From Chiloscyllium plagiosum (Eukaryota): a stretch of 51,166 bases of DNA. This document shows, piece by piece, positions 36,927 to 48,911 of the stretch. Position 1 is the first letter of the stretch. Each line of letters opens with the position of its first letter. The DNA lies in contig NC_057753.1 in the NCBI RefSeq assembly GCF_004010195.1, forward strand, positions 1 to 51,166, in the 5' to 3' direction. A model generated the notes under the pieces. The model worked only from the letters and a program-made list of their open reading frames with translations. It had not been told where the DNA came from and did no database searches. Position numbers and translations under genes: made by a program.

Positions 36927-37445
36927 GTCTTTCTTCACCATCCATGGTTGATCACTTATCTGAATTCTCTCCCCACATTTTTTCCTTGACTTCACCTGAT
37001 GAAGGGGCCACGCTCCAAGTGCTTGTGGTTTTAAATAAACTTGTTGAGCTATAATTTGGCGTTGACGTTTGGTATGCCTTATGACTAAAAAATTTTGATT
37101 GAGGATGTTATTACACATACTGGAGCAGCGGGATTTGAACCTGGGCCTCAGGGTTCAGAGGTAGGGACACTACCACTGCGCACCATAAAAAAAGCCTCTC
37201 TGGTAAATATTCTGTTGAGTGAATGGAAACACCTTCCTCCTCAACATAGGACACGACCACTGTACCTCCAGAGCCCATTACAGTAAATTGAGCCCATCTC
37301 CTGTTGAATGAATGTGTGAGAACACCTTCCTCCTGAACCCCTCGAGCCCATTGTAGTAAAGGGGCGGGGACAGTGAAGGGCCTGCGCACCTCTCCACCAA
37401 TCCCAAAGGCTGCCGTCCGTGCGGACGAATCGGAGAGCGACATTC
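36927..37445. repeat. Inverted duplication, paralog of 47141-47630
   Basis: Shared SINE head (GTCCCTACCTCTGA.CCCTGAGGCCCAGGTTCAAATCCC), PLE tail and CCAATCCCAAAGGCTG. Confidence 0.88.
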
Positions 37446-37694
37446 TGGGGGTGGGACCAATACTGTCCGCACACCCGGCCGCCATTGGTCAGATGGAGTA
37501 AGGTGCGCTCTGATTGGAGGAAGCGCGTCATACCTTTAAAATACATTTCAAATTAAAGCCGGAACTTTTCAAACAAAAGTTGTGAAGAAAAGGAGACAGT
37601 CCCCGGTGGGGTTTATTGTTTATTTGTGTATAATTCCCGGGGCCCGGGAAGGGGGAGGTGACGGTTACCGGGTGAACGAGAAAACAAATTAAAA
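37355..37694 (+). promoter_or_regulatory. CpG-rich promoter/5' UTR upstream of the cyhr1-like ATG
   Basis: GC box, two CCAAT and two ATTGG, AT-rich TTTAAAATA, CCGGAA. Confidence 0.55.
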
Positions 37695-37834
37695 ATGTCG
37701 GCGGTGGAGGAGAGAGAGCCGGCGCCCGCGGCTTCTTCGGCGGCGGCCGGAGCCCAGGAGCTCAACAACCCCCCGGAGCTGGAGGAAGGTTCAAGAAGCC
37801 GGTCATGGTGTTGGATCCGGGCGGGATAAAGGTC
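37695..37834 (+). pseudogene. cyhr1: cyhr1/ZFTRAF1-like exon 1, 5' fragment (frameshifted, truncated)
   Basis: MSAVEEREPAPAASSAAAGAQELNNPPELEEG, then KKPVMVLDPGGIKV in another frame; linked to the 47006 fragment by the shared upstream duplication and the TAAAGGTC overlap. Confidence 0.55.
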
Positions 37835-37921
37835 TAAACAAAAGTAAAAGTAAGAGATGTGCGATTGCATTCAACAAGATATTGTTTTGGTGGGTGAGAG
37901 AGGCCGCTCACGGGTATTTTA

Positions 37922-38107
37922 TTTTTTTTCCTGTTTTTTTTTTTCTTTTTTTTTAACCCCAACACTACCGCCTAAGTGCGGTAGTGCTTATTATTTCCCC
38001 AGCACCCATGGTGTGTGTGTGCAGGTGTGAGACACAGTGAAAGACACAAAGTGCATGAATCTTTATTCAATTTCCACCACCAGGAAGATAGGAAAACACC
38101 CGAGTGG
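37922..38107 (-). mobile_element. Short poly(A)-tailed retroposon with 3' stem-loop, 12-bp TSD
   Basis: ACGGGTATTTTA at 37910-37921 and 38108-38119; T-run 37922-37954; hairpin CACTACCGC/GCGGTAGTG. Confidence 0.8.
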
Positions 38108-38199
38108 ACGGGTATTTTAATCTGCGTCTGATCCCTGAAGCTTTACGACCTTTCCTGTAACCCTTTAGTTTGTAAGTATATTTATTAGCAAAAATTTTT

Positions 38200-38361
38200 T
38201 AACTTTGTATTTTTTAATGAGTTTATATGTTTGCAATCAGTAACAAATATCAGTATAATAAAAAGAAAAAAAACACAAATTACAATACAACTGCTGTCCA
38301 CTAACTACTAACCTACCCTATAGTACAAACCAAACCCTAACACTGTGCAAAGCAACACCAA

Positions 38362-38400
<39 letters not shown>

Positions 38401-38634
38401 ATAGATAGATAATAGGGAAAAAAAACCCCAACAGAATACAGAACAGCAAGGCTGGGCGCAATGCTCCCAAACAAAGGAATGGGAACATTGTATATATACC
38501 CGTATTAACTCAGGAGACCTCCTCCAGGGCGACAAACCTAACCATCTTGGTTAAACAAATACCCTAGTTAAGATAACTGACAAACCTATATCCAAATATC
38601 TCAAGTCGGGCTGCCATGTCTTATAACAATGGTC
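38200..38634 (-). mobile_element. L1-clade LINE 3' end
   Basis: Minus YKTWQPDLRYL parallels FYKIWQHFLNNL at about 39400. Confidence 0.55.
38360..38412. repeat. (AAAT)n/(AGAT)n microsatellite
   Basis: Direct reading. Confidence 0.95.
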
Positions 38635-38728
38635 CTCGGACGCTGCCTGAACCGCTGTGCTTTTCCAGCACCACTTTAATCTAAACTCTGGTTTCCGGCA
38701 TCTGCAGTCATTGTTTTTACCTAGCTGG
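38635..38728 (+). mobile_element. PLE terminal-tail insertion, 14-bp TSD
   Basis: TTATAACAATGGTC at 38621-38634 and 38729-38742. Confidence 0.75.
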
Positions 38729-39064
38729 TTATAACAATGGTCTGTTGATCATAATGATAATCTCTTGGAACTTGTTCACAACCATCCTATTCATCTAAGA
38801 TATAAATTATAATTCATGTTCCAGCTGGATTTGCAAATAAAAGGCAGTGTCTCTTTCCTCGTGTGTGTGTGTGTGTGTGGTGTACAGTAGTCATTGTAAT
38901 AAACCACACGTTTCTGGAGTCCCCACTTAAATACAGCTGCTGTTTCTCTACCTATCTGGATGTTGGCAGTTTCCTTAAGTAGATATTGATTCAGGGGTTT
39001 AGTGGTGACGGGGAATCTATCCTTGACTGAGAACAATGTCACAGGCACAAAGCATTAGACTTTT

Positions 39065-41545
39065 AGAAAAATGTATTTTTATTGAAAGTTTTTCTTTATA
39101 TAATTTATAAAACTACAAAAAATATGGAAATACAATGTTATAACAACTAACAACAGTAAACCAACTGCTACACTACAACACAAATCAAAACTATACTCAT
39201 TACAGATCGATAAATAAATAATGCCACTCAGCGCAACAAGACTAGCTCTCGACCTTCGAGAACATCAATTATTACACCAACATGTGTTTGCAATTCTTCC
39301 TCTCAGGGCATCAGCTTCACTAAAACCAAACCATCACGGCTAAACAAAGGCCCTAACTAAAATGGCAGACAAATCTGCTTCCAGGTTATTCAAAAAGTGC
39401 TGCCATATCTTGTAAAAATTTCCATTTTTTGGTGCACCATATTTGTGAGAAAGTCCAAAGGAATGTGTTCCATAATTAACTTACGCCACCCCGACAGACC
39501 TGGGGGGGGAGGGGGGGGGAGCGGGGGCGTTCTCGGACACCCAGCATATCAGAATGTTCTTCCTCGCACAAGAAGTGAGGATGTTAAAAAGGTTTCAGCC
39601 ATGCACATCTGGGGAAGATAGATTCGGCAACCCCAGCTCAGCGAGCAAACCTACATCCAAAACCTCAACCTGAGCTACAAATCTTCTCAAAACTCGCTAA
39701 CCCCAGGAGAAGAGAGACCGGGTCCACCTTAACTTTGGTACCCAAGACCCCCTCTATTACTCCTGCCACAGCGCTCCAATACATATGAGGCTTGTGGCAG
39801 GACCACAAGTAATGAGGGAGGATACCTGTGCTTACTTTACACTTGGGGCACACTGAAGATGCTCGCTCCTTAAATTTTGCGAGATGATCTGGGGCCAGGT
39901 GAACCCTATGAAGAATCGTTAACTGCATGACATGGGTCCTATTACCACATCAAAATCTTCCTCACATTCTCACAAATATCCTTCCATGTTTCCAAAGTGA
40001 TCTTAACTCCTAACTCTCTCTGCCAGACGTCACGTAATCGCTCCATGTCACCCAAGAAACCTCCCCCAACAGATGATAGAGTCTGGATCAGTGGTGCTGG
40101 AAGAGCACAGCAATTCAGGCAGCATCCGACGAGCAGCAAAATCGACGTTTCGGGCAAAAGCCCTTCATCAGGAATAAAGGCAGAGAGCCTGAAGTGTCCT
40201 CAGTATGTTCTGAGCATGCAGCACCCTCTTCTCTATATCAGATCTATAACACTCAGTCAAAAGCATAGTCTCTTTTCGAATAAAATCTCTAATCTGAAAG
40301 AAAGAGGTTCCTACTGGATAGTCCATATTTAACAAATTATTTGATCAAAGGACATCATCGTTTCGCCCTCAAACAAATCACCAAACAAGAAACTCTGCTA
40401 TCTGCCCAGAGTTTAAATCTCGGGTCGATTATCCCTGGCCGGAAACTCGGCATGCCAACTATGGAACGAGGAAAAGAAGTTTTGCGCATATTACCCCCCC
40501 ATCTGCCTCATTGCCCTCCACGCTTTGACAGTATCAGTAACTATTGGTTTATGGCAATGTTTTGCAACTGGCCTAATTTTGGTTAGAAAACAGCAGGTTG
40601 ATAAGAGGACATTTTGCCTGAGATGCCTTAATGTCCACCGAATCCTCACACACCCAATCACTTACAAAAGATAGAAGAGAGCCTAATTTATATCTTTGGA
40701 TATCTGGGAGGCCCACTCCTCCCCAGTCCCTGGGGCAATTGCAGTTTTGCAAGCTTAATAAGGGGCCACCTGTGCTCCCAAATAAAAGAACTAAACCAAC
40801 CATTCAAATTCTGAAACGTTTGCCTAGGAAAAAGCAAAGGGAGCATCCGCAGAGAGTATAATAAGCCAGGAAGAACATTCATTTTCATAAGAGCCACTCG
40901 ACCTTACCGTGATATCGGAAGATCTTGTTTAACCTTGTCAACCAAGTGGACAAAATGAGCCTTAAATAACTGATCAAAGGTGGGGGTAACAGAAAGGACT
41001 AAGTAAAGAAAACCTCCCTGTGCCCACTTAAATGGAAACCCACTCTCAACGTCAGGTATTCCCCTAAGACACCCGGTAGGCAAAGCCTCTGACTTTGAAA
41101 AATTAATCTTGTAACCTGAGAAAGGGCCAAATGAATCAATACACTGTTTCAAATGGGGCACTAGGTTCAAGAGAAAAATAAGAACTTCATCCACATATAC
41201 TGTGCTCTTATGCGCCTTTGATCCCACCTCTGGACCGACTATATTGGAGTCCCTACAAATAGTCTCTGCCAACGGCTCAATCACCAATGTGAAAAATAAA
41301 GGTAAAAGGCCACATCCTTGCTGACTGCCCCTGCCATGTTAACATTACTAGACCTTAAGTCATTGGTGAGAACCGCTGCTCGAGGATCACTGTGAAGGAT
41401 ACTTACCCATTTGTGAACACTTCACCCAGACTAAACCGCTCCAGGGTATAAAACGATATTTTTTATTTCCTTAGATGCCTTCTCTGCATCTAAGAAAACC
41501 ACCACCCTTGAAGTGATTGCTGCTGACAGAATTGAATCATGTTAA
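39065..41545 (-). mobile_element. L1-clade LINE, decayed ORF2 (RT to CCHC) and 3' UTR
   Basis: FLDAEKA, GSQQGCG...VIEPLA, YVDE (YADD site), FGPFSGYKINFSKSEA, GGVGLPD, CPKCKVSTGILPHYLWSC. Confidence 0.9.
40078..40194 (-). mobile_element. PLE terminal repeat with intact hammerhead core, inserted in the L1
   Basis: Minus CUGAUGA-A-GGGC-UUUU-GCCC-GAAACGUC; stem I weak (2 bp). Confidence 0.7.
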
Positions 41546-41559
41546 TCCTGCGTTGGTTT

Positions 41560-42825
41560 GGCCATGCTAAATTACCCATAGTGCCCAGGGATGTGTAGGT
41601 TTGGGTGAATTGGCCATGCTAAATTTCCCATAGTGCCCAGGGATGTGTAGGTTTGGGTGGATGCGCCATGGGAAATACAGGGGAGTGGGTTGGGTGTGGT
41701 TCTCTTCGGTGTGTCGGTATGGACCCTTTGGGCCAAATGGTCTGTACTGTAAGGATTGTACGACACCCCCAAAGGAGCATTTTATCTGCATCTACCCTGT
41801 CAAGGCCCTTTCATAATTCTACTGGTTTCAATAAGATCACTTCTGGTTCTTCGTGTCATAGAGTCATACAACGCAGAAACAGACCCTTCCGTCCACCCCA
41901 TCCATGTCGACCAGGACTCCCAAACTAATCTTGCCTGTGTTTGACTCATATCCCTCCAAATCTTTCCATTCATGTACCCATCTAAATGTCTTTTAAATGT
42001 TGTAATTGTACCTGCATCTACCACATCCTCTGAAAGTTAATTCACTCACAAACCACCCTCTGTAAAAAGATGCCCCTCTGGTCCCTTTTAAATCTCTCTC
42101 CACACCTTAAACAAATGCCCGCTAGTTTTGAAACCCCCCACGCTAAGGAAGAGACCTTTGCTATTCACCTTACCTCCACCCCTCATGATTTTATAAAACT
42201 TTAAAAGGCCACCCCTCAACTCAAATGCTCCAGTGGAAAAAAGTCCCAGCCTCTCCCTTTAACTCAAACATTCGAGTCCTGGCAACATCCTGGTAAATCT
42301 TTCCCGAACCCTCTGTAATAGTATTCTTCCTATAACAGGGCGACCTGAACTGTACTCAGTACTCTAAAAGTGGCCTCTGCAACATCCTGGATAACCTCAA
42401 CATGATATCTCAACTCTTATACTCAATGGTGTGAACAATGAAGGGAAGTGCGCTCAATGCCTTCTGAACCACCCTACCTACCAGTGATGTAACTTTCAAA
42501 GAACTATGTACCTGAACCCACCCCACTGTCTCTCTGTTCTACAACAAGACCCAGGGCCCTACCATTAATTGTACAAGTCCTGCCCTTGTTTGTTTTATCT
42601 AAAATGCAACCCCTCGCTTTTATCCATACCCCTCTTATGTACATGCTGTCTCTCAGACACACATGTATACACACCCTACACACACACCCTCTCGCAGGCT
42701 TATACTCTATCACACTCACATTTTACCAAGCATGCCCACACACCAACACATTCCTTATTCACACTCTCATGTACAAACTCACATGCACACACATACATAT
42801 AAGTTTATGGGGTGCATTTGCATTT
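41560..42825. repeat. Direct duplication of 3070-4510 (SINE + CR1 + PLE composite)
   Basis: Identical junction GCATTTTATCTGCATCTACCCTGTCAA...CTGGTTTCAATAAGATCACTTCTGGTTC and the same CR1-to-CA-tract junction. Confidence 0.8.
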
Positions 42826-42832
42826 AGAAACA

Positions 42833-43468
42833 GAGTCATAGAGATGTATAGCACGGAAACAGATCCTTTCGTCCAATTCGTCCATGCTGACCAGATATCC
42901 TAATCTAATCTAGTCCCATTTGCCAGGACGTGGCCTATATCCTGCTAAACCCTCCCTATTCAAGTACTTATCCAGATGCCCATTAAATGCTGTAATTGTA
43001 CCAGCGTCCACCACATCCTCTGGCACCTCAATCCATACACGCATCACCGTCTGTATGAAAACGTTGCCTCTCTGTTTCCTTTTATATCTTCCCCCTCTCA
43101 CCCTAAATCTATGCCCTCTAGTTCTGGACTCCCCACCCCAGGGAAAAGACTTTGTCTATTATCCAATCCATGCCCCCCATGATTTTATAAACCTCAGTAA
43201 GGTCAACCCTGAGCCTCTGACCCACCAGGGAAAACAGCCCCAGCCTGTCCCTGTAGCTCAGATCCTCCAACCCTGGCAATATCTTTGTAAATCCTTCCTG
43301 AACCCTTTCAAGTTTCACAACATCTTTCCGATAGGAAGGAGACCAGAATTGCATGCAATATTCCAACAGTGGCCTAACCAATGTCCTGTACAGCCGCAAC
43401 ATGACCTCCCATCTCCTGTACTCAATACTCTGAGCTCCAGCCAATTCAGCCTCTCCCTACAGCTCAAA
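42833..43468 (-). mobile_element. CR1 LINE 3' fragment
   Basis: QSIEYRRWEVMLRLYRTLVRPLLEYCMQFWSPSYRKDVVKLERVQ. Confidence 0.92.
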
Positions 43469-43969
43469 TTCGCAAAAAACGGATACCCCTGCAATTTCAT
43501 CAACAGATGCCTAAGGGAGAGACAACAGAACGAGGACATGCCACAACCCAAAGGACTAGCCACACTACCATACATCAAGAACATCTCTGAAATGACAGCC
43601 AGACTACTGCGACCACTAGGACTTATAACAGCACACAAACCAACAGCCACTCTCAGACAACAACCCACCAAAACGAAGGACCCGATACCCAGCATGAGCA
43701 AAACTAATGTAGTGTACAAAATCCCATGCAAGGACTGCACAAAACACTATATAGGACAAACAGGAAGAAAGCTAACGATCCGCATCCACGAACACCAACT
43801 AGCCACGAAACGACACGACCAGCTATCCCTAGTAGCCACACACGCAGACGACAAGCAACATGAATTCAACTGGGACAACACTACCATTATAGGGCAAGCG
43901 AAACAAAGAACAGCCAGGGAATTCCTAGAAGCATGACACCCATCCACAAACTCCATCAACAAACACACC
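43469..43969 (+). mobile_element. Poseidon-like PLE ORF fragment (linker plus GIY-YIG), runs into gap
   Basis: FAKNGYP...LPYIKNISE...NVVYKIPCKDCTKHYIGQTGRKL...REFLEA* (W to stop). Confidence 0.93.
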
Positions 43970-44820
43970 NNNNNNNNNNNNNNNNNNNNNNNNNNNNNNN
44001 NNNNNNNNNNNNNNNNNNNNNNNNNNNNNNNNNNNNNNNNNNNNNNNNNNNNNNNNNNNNNNNNNNNNNNNNNNNNNNNNNNNNNNNNNNNNNNNNNNNN
44101 NNNNNNNNNNNNNNNNNNNNNNNNNNNNNNNNNNNNNNNNNNNNNNNNNNNNNNNNNNNNNNNNNNNNNNNNNNNNNNNNNNNNNNNNNNNNNNNNNNNN
44201 NNNNNNNNNNNNNNNNNNNNNNNNNNNNNNNNNNNNNNNNNNNNNNNNNNNNNNNNNNNNNNNNNNNNNNNNNNNNNNNNNNNNNNNNNNNNNNNNNNNN
44301 NNNNNNNNNNNNNNNNNNNNNNNNNNNNNNNNNNNNNNNNNNNNNNNNNNNNNNNNNNNNNNNNNNNNNNNNNNNNNNNNNNNNNNNNNNNNNNNNNNNN
44401 NNNNNNNNNNNNNNNNNNNNNNNNNNNNNNNNNNNNNNNNNNNNNNNNNNNNNNNNNNNNNNNNNNNNNNNNNNNNNNNNNNNNNNNNNNNNNNNNNNNN
44501 NNNNNNNNNNNNNNNNNNNNNNNNNNNNNNNNNNNNNNNNNNNNNNNNNNNNNNNNNNNNNNNNNNNNNNNNNNNNNNNNNNNNNNNNNNNNNNNNNNNN
44601 NNNNNNNNNNNNNNNNNNNNNNNNNNNNNNNNNNNNNNNNNNNNNNNNNNNNNNNNNNNNNNNNNNNNNNNNNNNNNNNNNNNNNNNNNNNNNNNNNNNN
44701 NNNNNNNNNNNNNNNNNNNNNNNNNNNNNNNNNNNNNNNNNNNNNNNNNNNNNNNNNNNNNNNNNNNNNNNNNNNNNNNNNNNNNNNNNNNNNNNNNNNN
44801 NNNNNNNNNNNNNNNNNNNN
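43970..44820. other. Assembly gap
   Basis: Run of N. Confidence 1.
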
Positions 44821-45393
44821 ACAGACGGGAGGTGGAAAACCTGGAAAAATGGTGCACTGAGAACAACCTCGTTCTTAACGCCGGCAAAACCAAGGAACTC
44901 ATTATTGACTTTCGGCGGGATGTTACTCATGCCCCCCACACACTAACAGCACAGAGGTGGAACAAGTGGACAGTGTCAAGCTCCTGAGAGCGGTCATCAA
45001 CATGTTCTCGGCCCGAACAATCACAAAGGCCAACCTCCCATTTATAGAATCCATCTACCAGGCCCGCTGCCAAGGAAAGGCCGCCAGCATTCTCAAAGAT
45101 CCACCCCACCCCGGCAATACTTTTCTACAACCTCTACCATCAGGGAGAAGGGATAGACGCCTGAACACGCGCACCAGCCGGTTTCAAAACAGTTTCTACC
45201 CTACTGTTTTTGGAATACTGAACTCACAAACTCTAGATATTTGCCTGTATGTGTGTTTTGGTTTTTGCCGCTGTTTACCTATTATTTACTTACTTATCTA
45301 TGCTATTTAATGATGTGATCTGCCTATGTTGCTCGCAAGACAAAGCTTTTCAGTGTGCCTCTGTACACGTGATAATAAATTATATTAAATTCA
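44821..45393 (+). mobile_element. Rex1/Babar-like LINE 3' fragment
   Basis: EVENLEKWCTENNLVLNAGKTKELIIDFRR; ILKDPPHPG...LPSGRR...RFQNSFYP. Confidence 0.85.
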
Positions 45394-45635
45394 AGCAGGC
45401 TTAACATCTCATTTTCATATCCTTGATTCAGCTCCATTTCCAGCACTTTTGTAGGCAGCTAGTTCCAGGTCATTGTCACCTAAATGAAGTTTTCCTCCAT
45501 ACACACTTAAGGTTTCTGTGTCCCTGGATAATTTGTGATCAGCACGCATCTGGCAATTTACAGGAGTTGTCATCTATGCTACATTAATTTAACTGGACTG
45601 ACAGTGATTACATATTTTGTGAATTTGTTTTGCAG

Positions 45636-46740
45636 GAAGACATGCAGAAAGAAATCTGAAAGCAAATGATACATCAACCTGTGACAGAGCCACTTGATTC
45701 ACTTGAATTCCAATCGAGAAGAAATGTTTGCTTTTGTCTGCTTGAGAGATTTTGGACACTGGTGTTGTAGGAAGGATACTGAACCCCCCACCGAGTGAGG
45801 GAGATTAGTGCGCTGACTGTGAAACGTGCTTCACACCATTTCCCTGGGGGATCAAAATCTCACCCCTCACGGTGGGAAGAGACTGTGTACCCGTTATATT
45901 TATAATTTCAAACCCAGAGCGACACAAGGAAAGCTCTCCCCATGGGGAAACTGTAGTAATATGGGGATCGCCTGGATGATCAACCCAGTTCTGGGGACAC
46001 CCGGGTTTGAATCCCGCTGCGGCAGGTGGCGGAATTGGAATTCGGTCAGAAATGATGAAACCGTTTTCATGGAAAACAAAAACTCATCTGATTCACTCAA
46101 CCTTTTTTGGGAGGCAAACTGCCATTGCGGGAACGGATTGACTCAGTTGTCCCAGCTGCATCCTTTACCCGGTCTGGCCAACATGTGACACCAGACCCAC
46201 AGAGGTGTGGTTGTGGTTGACTGTTGACACGCACATACATTTCCACCCCCCCGAACAAATGCGCAGTGAGAAAGTTACTTGGATAGTGTATGGGTTGAAA
46301 TTGCCAAGTGAGGCAATACTTCCTACAGGTTATGGCTGTACTAAGGATCCAATTACAGAGACAATCAGCTGAGCAATAGTGAACAAAGTGGAGGGGGAGA
46401 GAGGGAGGGAGTGTGCATTTTGACCTTGAGCTGTTAAAAAGAAACTATACCACTTTTCGTGCACCTTTTTTGCTGGGGAGATCTGAAGCTGTAACAAAGT
46501 TGGGTCGCGATAAAGGTTATCTCAACTTACTGTTGGACTCATTGAAAGCTGAGAGATGCAAAACGTTTTTGTCCTAAGTCTTTCTTTCAGTTTCCAGCAC
46601 TAACTTTTCCAAATTGTGTATCCAGAGGAAGCAACGAATGAGTAGCTAGCATCGTTAGAAATTGTAAATTTTTCAGGACTGCAGCTTCATTGTTTCATTG
46701 GCATTGTAAAGTTTACTGGCAGCACTGTGGGCTGTGTTCG
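45636..46740 (+). pseudogene. ZNF paralog with the entire finger array deleted
   Basis: Acceptor TTTTGCAG at 45635; MGKL**YGDR at 45942 (equivalent to xEKLWKCGDC) joined directly to the 3' UTR; 46250-46735 is the reverse complement of 5030-5540. Confidence 0.75.
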
Positions 46741-47005
46741 CTCGAAACGATGTGGAGGAGCCGGTGTTGGACTGGGGTGGGCAAAGTTTTAAAATCACAC
46801 ACCAGGTTATATTCCAACAGATTCATTTGGGAAGCACTAGCTTTCAGAGCGCTGCTCCTTCCGCAAGTAGCTGTGGAGCAGGATCATAAGACAGAATTTC
46901 TAGCAGAAGACTGATTTAAGAAGGGGAGTGATTGCGGCTCCAGGCTAATGGCGACCCGCTTGGCCCCCGGGTTTCCCCTCAGCACTGTCCAGCCCAGCCT
47001 GATAC

Positions 47006-47131
47006 CTGGTAGACTGTAGCTGTGGGCAGCTGCAGGCACATGGTACAGCACAGCACCGAGTGCAGCCTCTCCTCCAGCTTGTGGTCCGCACCGACCTTTA
47101 CCTCCCTCCACCGCCGAACCCGAACCTTCAG
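47006..47131 (-). pseudogene. cyhr1: cyhr1/ZFTRAF1 exon 1, 3' fragment (start of RING-like domain), no ATG
   Basis: [31 protein letters not shown] matches vertebrate CYHR1 [25 protein letters not shown] (recalled from memory); in-frame TGA upstream at 47147-47149. Confidence 0.85.
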
Positions 47132-47895
47132 CAAATATATTGAATATCACTCTCCAATTGATCCACACCAACCACAGCCTTTGGGATTGGTTGAGAGGTT
47201 CGCACAAACTTCAGTGTCTCTGCCCCTTTTCTTTCTCTTTCATTCATTCAACTGGAAAGGTCCCAGTTTACTACACTGGGCTCTGAGGGTACAATGGTCG
47301 TGTCCCATGTTCAGGAGTAAGGTGCTCCCATTCATTCAACAGAAGATAACCTATCTACTACAGAGGTGTTTTTTGGGGTGCCGTGGTAATGTCCCTACCT
47401 CTGAGCCCTGAGGCCCAGGTTCAAATCCCACTGCTCCAGCGATGGGTAATAACATCCTCAATCAATTTTTTTCAGTAATAAAGTCACACAACACCAGGCT
47501 ATAGTCCAACAGGGTTATTTGAAAGCGCAAGTGCTTGGAGCGTAGCCCCTTCATCAGGTGACATCATTGAAAAAAAGTGCAGGAAAGAGAATTCAGATAA
47601 ATGATCAGCCAGGGATGGTGATGAAAGACAGAGCATCTCAACAGTCGATTACCTATTCCCATTCCTATTTCTGATCTTCTTAATACATGACAAGTTATGT
47701 TTTCTCCAAACGTTAATTTTATTTCCATGGTTTAAAAATGAATATTTAAGGATGGTCAGTTTGTTCTTTCTCACTTGGGCATATTGTGACCCATGACAAT
47801 TTAGATGGCACTGTTAATATTCAAAGTTTGTGCGAAGATTTGTAGCTCGGGTGTTCGTTGTTGTGGTTCTGTTCGCCGAGCTGGGAATTTGTGTT

Positions 47896-47935
47896 GCAGA
47901 CGTTTCGTCCCCTGTCTAGGTGACATCCTCAGTGC
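47896..47935 (-). ncRNA. Hammerhead ribozyme motif (inverted copy)
   Basis: Exact reverse complement of 48236-48275. Confidence 0.75.
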
Positions 47936-48235
47936 TTGGGAGCCTCCTGTGAAGTGATTCTGTGATCTTTTCTCCAGCATTTGTAGTGGTTTGAATCTGC
48001 TGCTTCCGGTTGTCAGTTCCAGCTGTCTGCTGCAGTGGCCATTCTCAGAGAACAGCCAGGAAATTCCTAGAGGCATGGCACTCATCCACAGATTCAATCA
48101 ATAAGCACATCGACCTGGACCCAATATACCGACCACTGCAACGGACAGCTGGAACTGACAACCGGAAGCAGCAGATTCAAACCACTACAAATGCCGGAGG
48201 AAAGATCACAGACGCACTTCACAAGAGGCTCCCAA

Positions 48236-48275
48236 GCACTGAGGATGTCACCTAGACAGGGGACGAAACGTCTGC
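48236..48275 (+). ncRNA. Minimal type-I hammerhead ribozyme motif, intact
   Basis: GCA-CUGAGGA-U-GUC(A)CCU-AGAC-AGG(G)GAC-GAA-ACGU-C-UGC; predicted cleavage after C48272. Confidence 0.78.
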
Positions 48276-48911
48276 AACACAAATTCTCAGCTCGACGAAC
48301 AGAACCACAACAACTGTTAATATCATCAACGATGTCATAGAAGCAATCCATCAACAAAATTTGACACTGAGTCGCTCAAGTTGATACAAGAGCATAGAAA
48401 GCATCCTGCAGATAATGGGAATCTAACAGTCATCAACCTGCAGTGTCAACAGGTTTTCAGTTTCCATTGATATGCCTGATCTGCAGAGTATCCTTGGTTA
48501 GAGACAAAACAAAACTGCAGATGCTGGAATCCAAAATAGACAAGCAGGAGGCTGGAAGAACACAGCAAGCCAGGCAGCGTCAGGAGGTGCAGAAGTCATT
48601 GTTTTGGGTGTAACCTTCCTTTGTTCTATTTTAGTTCCGGCATTTGCAGTTTTTTTTTTGTCTCTAACGTAGGTAGAGAAGGCAGTGAAGGTGGCTTTTG
48701 GCACACTGGCCTTCATCAGTCAGGGCATTCAGCACAGAAGTTGGGAAGTTATGTTGCATTTATACAGGATGTTGGTGAGGCCACACTTGGAGTATTTTGC
48801 TCTGTTTTGGTGGCTTTGCTTAACAAGCATGTTATTAAATTGGAAAGAGTGCAGGAGTCTGAGTTATTGGAAGAGGTTGGATAAGCGAGGACGTTTATCT
48901 TCAGAACATAA

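Larger units (their letters stand above)
47821..48314 (+). mobile_element. 5'-truncated Poseidon-like PLE with inverted terminal repeat and TSD
   Basis: ORF end RTARKFLEAWHSSTDSINKHIDLDPIY...; 47857-48040 is the reverse complement of 48131-48314; ACTGTTAATAT at 47810-47820 and 48313-48323. Confidence 0.9.

Noticed and set aside
37120..37186. tRNA-like sequence (also 47377-47440)
   Set aside because: No acceptor stem or proper cloverleaf; consistent with a SINE head inside the inverted duplication.
42920..43936. 338-aa ORF as a novel fusion protein
   Set aside because: Chance read-through from antisense CR1 into a PLE fragment; non-ATG start and premature stop.
43925..44946. Long ORFs spanning the second gap
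   Set aside because: Artefacts of N runs.
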